A stretch of DNA of 64,000 nt from a virus: positions 6,186 to 70,185 of the IMG/VR virus record IMGVR_UViG_3300018018_000002. One strand, written 5' to 3'. Of the stretch, positions 63,807-64,000 are shown one piece after another. The position numbers and the translations under genes are program-made. Below the pieces are notes generated by a model. The model was given only the letters and a program-made list of their open reading frames with translations. It made no database searches and was not told the DNA's origin. Position 1 is the first letter of the stretch; every line of letters starts with the position of its first letter.

Positions 63807-64000
63807 CGATCCAGAAGATCAGGCGAACCCGGACCCATATCTTCATCGCCTACGCTCACGCGAACGAAGATCAAACCCTGAAGTCCCGCGAAAACCCGCT
63901 TCCATCGTTCAACGAAGCCCTGGACGCCCTGACGTCCTTGGTTTGCGTGATCTGCGCATTGCCCCCGGCCTACGTCGACAAGATGACGGTCGGCGGAATC
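63770..64000 (+). CDS. hypothetical protein (partial, runs off the window)
   Basis: MSSNPNSDPSSLTIQKIRR... open to the end; A/C-rich leader. Confidence 0.55.
   Translation, partial: MSSNPNSDPSSLTIQKIRRTRTHIFIAYAHANEDQTLKSRENPLPSFNEALDALTSLVCVICALPPAYVDKMTVGGI

Noticed and set aside
1-64000. Integrase, att site, host flanks or portal gene
   Set aside because: None recognisable in this window; lifestyle and genome ends cannot be determined.

Overview
The window is almost entirely a tailed dsDNA bacteriophage genome segment (siphovirus-like, long non-contractile tail). It is densely coded with frequent ATGA gene overlaps and contains no host genes, integrase or portal gene, so the genome extends beyond the window. 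Gene order: glycan-synthesis cluster (GT9-like fusion, NAD-epimerase, methyltransferase, GT32-methyltransferase fusion; 0.3-4.6 kb); head (DUF2213-type protease/scaffold, decoration protein, major capsid, a Maf/DUF115-like transferase) and tail genes with a -1 frameshift chaperone and 981-aa tape measure (5.6-25 kb); membrane genes and a degenerate response-regulator receiver (25-27.4 kb); a minus-strand split Rad50/Mre11 + GNAT operon (27.5-30.6 kb); early and replication genes (sigma-like factor, SNF2 helicase, primase, initiator, DnaB); a 7-deazaguanine DNA-modification cluster (queD, queE, folE, DpdL-like fusion, GT-B glycosyltransferase, DpdA-like transglycosylase; no queC; 39.4-44.3 kb); clamp, split UDG-exonuclease/PolA, clamp loader, UvsY, SSB, RecA, 5'-3' exonuclease, GT-A/HTH, resolvase; small accessory genes; terminase small and large subunits. 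The strongest candidates for new biology are a QueC-less, glycosyltransferase-containing 7-deazaguanine pathway and a multi-enzyme virion glycosylation/methylation system. All family assignments come from motif recognition by eye; no searches were run.
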